19,970 nt of DNA from positions 11,996 through 31,965 of the forward strand of contig NW_018128417.1 in the NCBI RefSeq assembly GCF_001952655.1, read 5' to 3'. The stretch is from Monopterus albus (lineage: Eukaryota). The notes under the pieces were generated by a model. The model ran no database searches. It was not told the origin of the DNA and saw only the letters and a list, made by a program, of their open reading frames with translations. This document shows, one piece after another, positions 18,100-19,970 of this stretch; positions within the stretch are counted from its first letter, which is position 1, and the number at the start of each line of letters is the position of its first letter. A program made the translations under genes and the position numbers.

Positions 18100-18199
18100 C
18101 TTCTCTGCCCAGTTGTGCTTGGTTTTTGTGTCAAAGAATTCATAGGCTCCTCCTCCTGCCTGGGCCAGGGCTCTCAGCATGTGCCGATTGGCTGTCGAA
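18100..18199 (-). CDS. VWA5A-like gene, coding exon at the end of the VWA domain (STANRHMLRALAQAGGGAYEFFDTKTKHNWAEK); most upstream exon visible in the window
   Basis: Acceptor ccattacag|TTCGAC at 18200-18201. Donor GAGAAG|gtaaaaag at 18098-18099. Aligns to recalled human ..IKGIARASGGTSEFITGKDRMQSKA... Further 5' exons (VIT and most of VWA) must lie beyond 19970 or were not detected. Confidence 0.6.
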
Positions 18200-18299
18200 C
18201 TGTAATGGCACAGAGAAGCAAAAACACATATACCTTTAAAATGCCTGTAATAAAAAAAAGCTCAGTGTTCAGATGGTTGTTACAGCTATATCAGAAATG

Positions 18300-18905
18300 T
18301 TCATGTAAATGTGTTTGCCATTAGAGTGTGGTGGTTAGCAATAAATCAGATTCCAGAAGAAATATGTAATAGAACAGTATGTAGCTCATATTTGTTATTA
18401 GCTTGTGTAAGAGAGAGCTGAGTGGTTATGGGGTTATTAAGTTCATGTGAGTTGGGCTTATGTAAGGGGTCAGGATGTTTCCTGTTTTCGAAGTGCAGGG
18501 TTCCCGGAATAGAGGAGTGAGAAGGGGGGCCCGATAGACGTCAAGACTGACAAAGTCCAGCTGTTGTAAAATGGCTATATAGCTGATAAAGGAGTGAGCC
18601 TGAGGAAGAGAGAGGACCATGCGGCAGTGAACAGTAGACCATGTACCTTTTGGGGACCCAGCCGGCTGGGGAAGACGCTGACTGACTCGGGACTGACAAC
18701 CAATGACTTGACTGACTGGTGCTCTGGCAATCTTTAGGTTTTATCTATCACATTGCAGGAGGGAGGCTCTGTTCTCTGATCTCTGTTCCCCAACTACAAG
18801 ATTATGTGTCTAAATACTACTCTATTCAGAATAATTGTAATATTAAATGATCCTTTAAATTGTAATGGTTTGTATGAATTAATTTAGTCGGTATTACACT
18901 CTTGC
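18300..18905 (+). mobile_element. Truncated second copy of the internal region of the 7591-8808 Tc1/mariner-type non-autonomous element (no TIRs)
   Basis: 18320-18395 is similar to 7635-7710 (..gagtgt[a/g]gtggtta..aataaa..attccaga.gaaatatgtaatagaacagtatg..). 18700-18905 is similar to 8205-8425 (..ctgactgg.gct.tg.caatctt...ttatctatcacattgcaggagg....cagaataattgtaatattaaatg.tc.tttaaattg...tgaattaatttagtcgg..tacactct.gcca.gaca). Same orientation, about 80-85% identity by eye. Confidence 0.6.
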
Positions 18906-19689
18906 CACGACAAACCTTGGCGTTGTCTATGCAGGTAGGAGTCCCATTTTGACTGTCCTTAAAGAATTTGTGTGAAGGGGAACCAAATAACTTGATTGTA
19001 TCCTGACAGGTGGCTGGGAAAAACTACGGCAATTACTAACACTAACATCATTACTAATACTGATGTAAATAACTTGCTTTAAATGTTTGCAGGATACGGT
19101 GATGTTGTTTTTACATGCCTGAATTTTATGTAATAGTGAAACAAGCCTCTAAGGATTGACAGAGATAAAGTTATAAGTGGGAGACAGCGGAGTGAACAGC
19201 AGAGACTCAAAGTGCTTTCTGTTTGAGAATAAGTGTGGATTTTGATGTGTGTTTAAACAGGTACACATATTTTTTTTGGTGTGGAGATGCGTGTCTGAAG
19301 TTAGGGACAGAGGGAGTGATTGTGTGTATGGCAATTTCTTGTTGTTTTTGTGTCAATTTCATGTGTTTTTAGACTATTTACTGCTGAGGTGAGTATAAAA
19401 CTTATTTTTTTATTTTTGTGAAACAATGAGAATGTGTGGGGGGTATGATTCTCCCCCTCTTTGCTCCGTTTGTGTGTGTTCTACTATCGACTTCCTATAT
19501 GACCGAGTGTGTGTGTGAGTGAGAAGGTATAGCGCTTATTAACATTGTGTAAATAAGTAACTGTGTGTGTGCTGGTTGTTGTTGTTGTTTTGTGTGTGAT
19601 TGTGCTGTGCATGGTTGATGCTCTGAGGACAATAACGTATGAATGTAGCCTCCATTGGGTTGGACGAGATAAAATACATTTGAAAGGCA

Positions 19690-19890
19690 ATAGCATTGGA
19701 TTGGATAATGAACGGCATGAAATTGAGTTATGAGGTGTAAAATTGCCTGAATTGGATAAAAATATAGAATTTGAGGCTAAAGAGCAGAGTCTGACCTGCA
19801 GGTGGGTCTGCAGTAGAATTTGGCTTACATAACTCAGCATTGGATTGGCAGTTGAAAAGCTGTTAAAGCATTGGATTGGCTTTGTGAATT
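19690..19890. repeat. Cluster of ATTGGAT(T/A)GG motifs (cattggattggat / gaattggataaa / cattggattggcag / cattggattggct) plus palindrome ctgcaggtgggtctgcag
   Basis: Seen directly: four or five copies within about 200 bp. ATTGG is the reverse complement of a CCAAT box. Confidence 0.5.
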
Positions 19891-19970
19891 GTGTAATAAT
19901 ATATTATACAGTGAACTGTGTAAAAAGTTATTGAAATTAGGAGTAACGTTTCTGCAGTGCAGGCAGACTT

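Noticed and set aside
1-19970. A prokaryotic accessory or defence system, CRISPR array or operon
   Set aside because: There are no arrays of direct repeats with unique spacers and no compact co-oriented long ORFs. Coding sequence is split into short exons with GT/AG boundaries. Tc1, hAT, L2 and SINE elements typical of teleost genomes are present. This is a vertebrate nuclear locus.

Overview
This is vertebrate, almost certainly teleost fish, nuclear DNA. It is not a prokaryotic locus, and I see no CRISPR array, no operon and no defence-island architecture. About 70% of the minus strand (from ~18.2 kb down to ~3.95 kb) is taken up by the 3' two-thirds of a single multi-exon gene that I read as a VWA5A-like member of the VIT/VWA family. 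I can reconstruct 11 coding exons with GT/AG boundaries and mutually consistent phases. They end in a stop at 4245, with an AATAAA 270 nt further on. The identification rests on my memory of human VWA5A and is untested. The introns are full of transposable-element debris. There is a complete but frame-broken Tc1-like element (IR/DR ends, TA duplications, DDE transposase in three frames). There is a 1.2-kb non-autonomous Tc1/mariner-type element with perfect 24-bp TIRs, and a truncated second copy of it 10 kb away. There is an internally deleted hAT-Charlie element that keeps an intact 227-codon C-terminal transposase ORF. There are five LINE fragments of several families, one carrying a 170-bp internal tandem duplication, plus two truncated tRNA/Deu-type SINE copies and a Tol2-like terminal fragment. 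The most interesting gene-level feature is a 1017-nt exon. It encodes a roughly 340-aa proline-rich, low-complexity segment made from a degenerate GGAGGAGCAGAGC-type coding minisatellite. That segment sits where human VWA5A has only about 100 residues. Other oddities: the exon's ORF reads through a weak GTAGAG donor to an in-frame stop 53 codons on; a G12 run lies 35 nt downstream of another exon's 5' splice site; a tandem pair of exon-like units at 2.6-2.9 kb differs by a perfect 81-bp GTAAGT...TTTTAG intron-like segment; and two 53-bp direct repeats bracket a LINE-derived segment. All family assignments are from memory of conserved motifs. BLAST or RepeatMasker and RNA-seq would be needed to confirm them.
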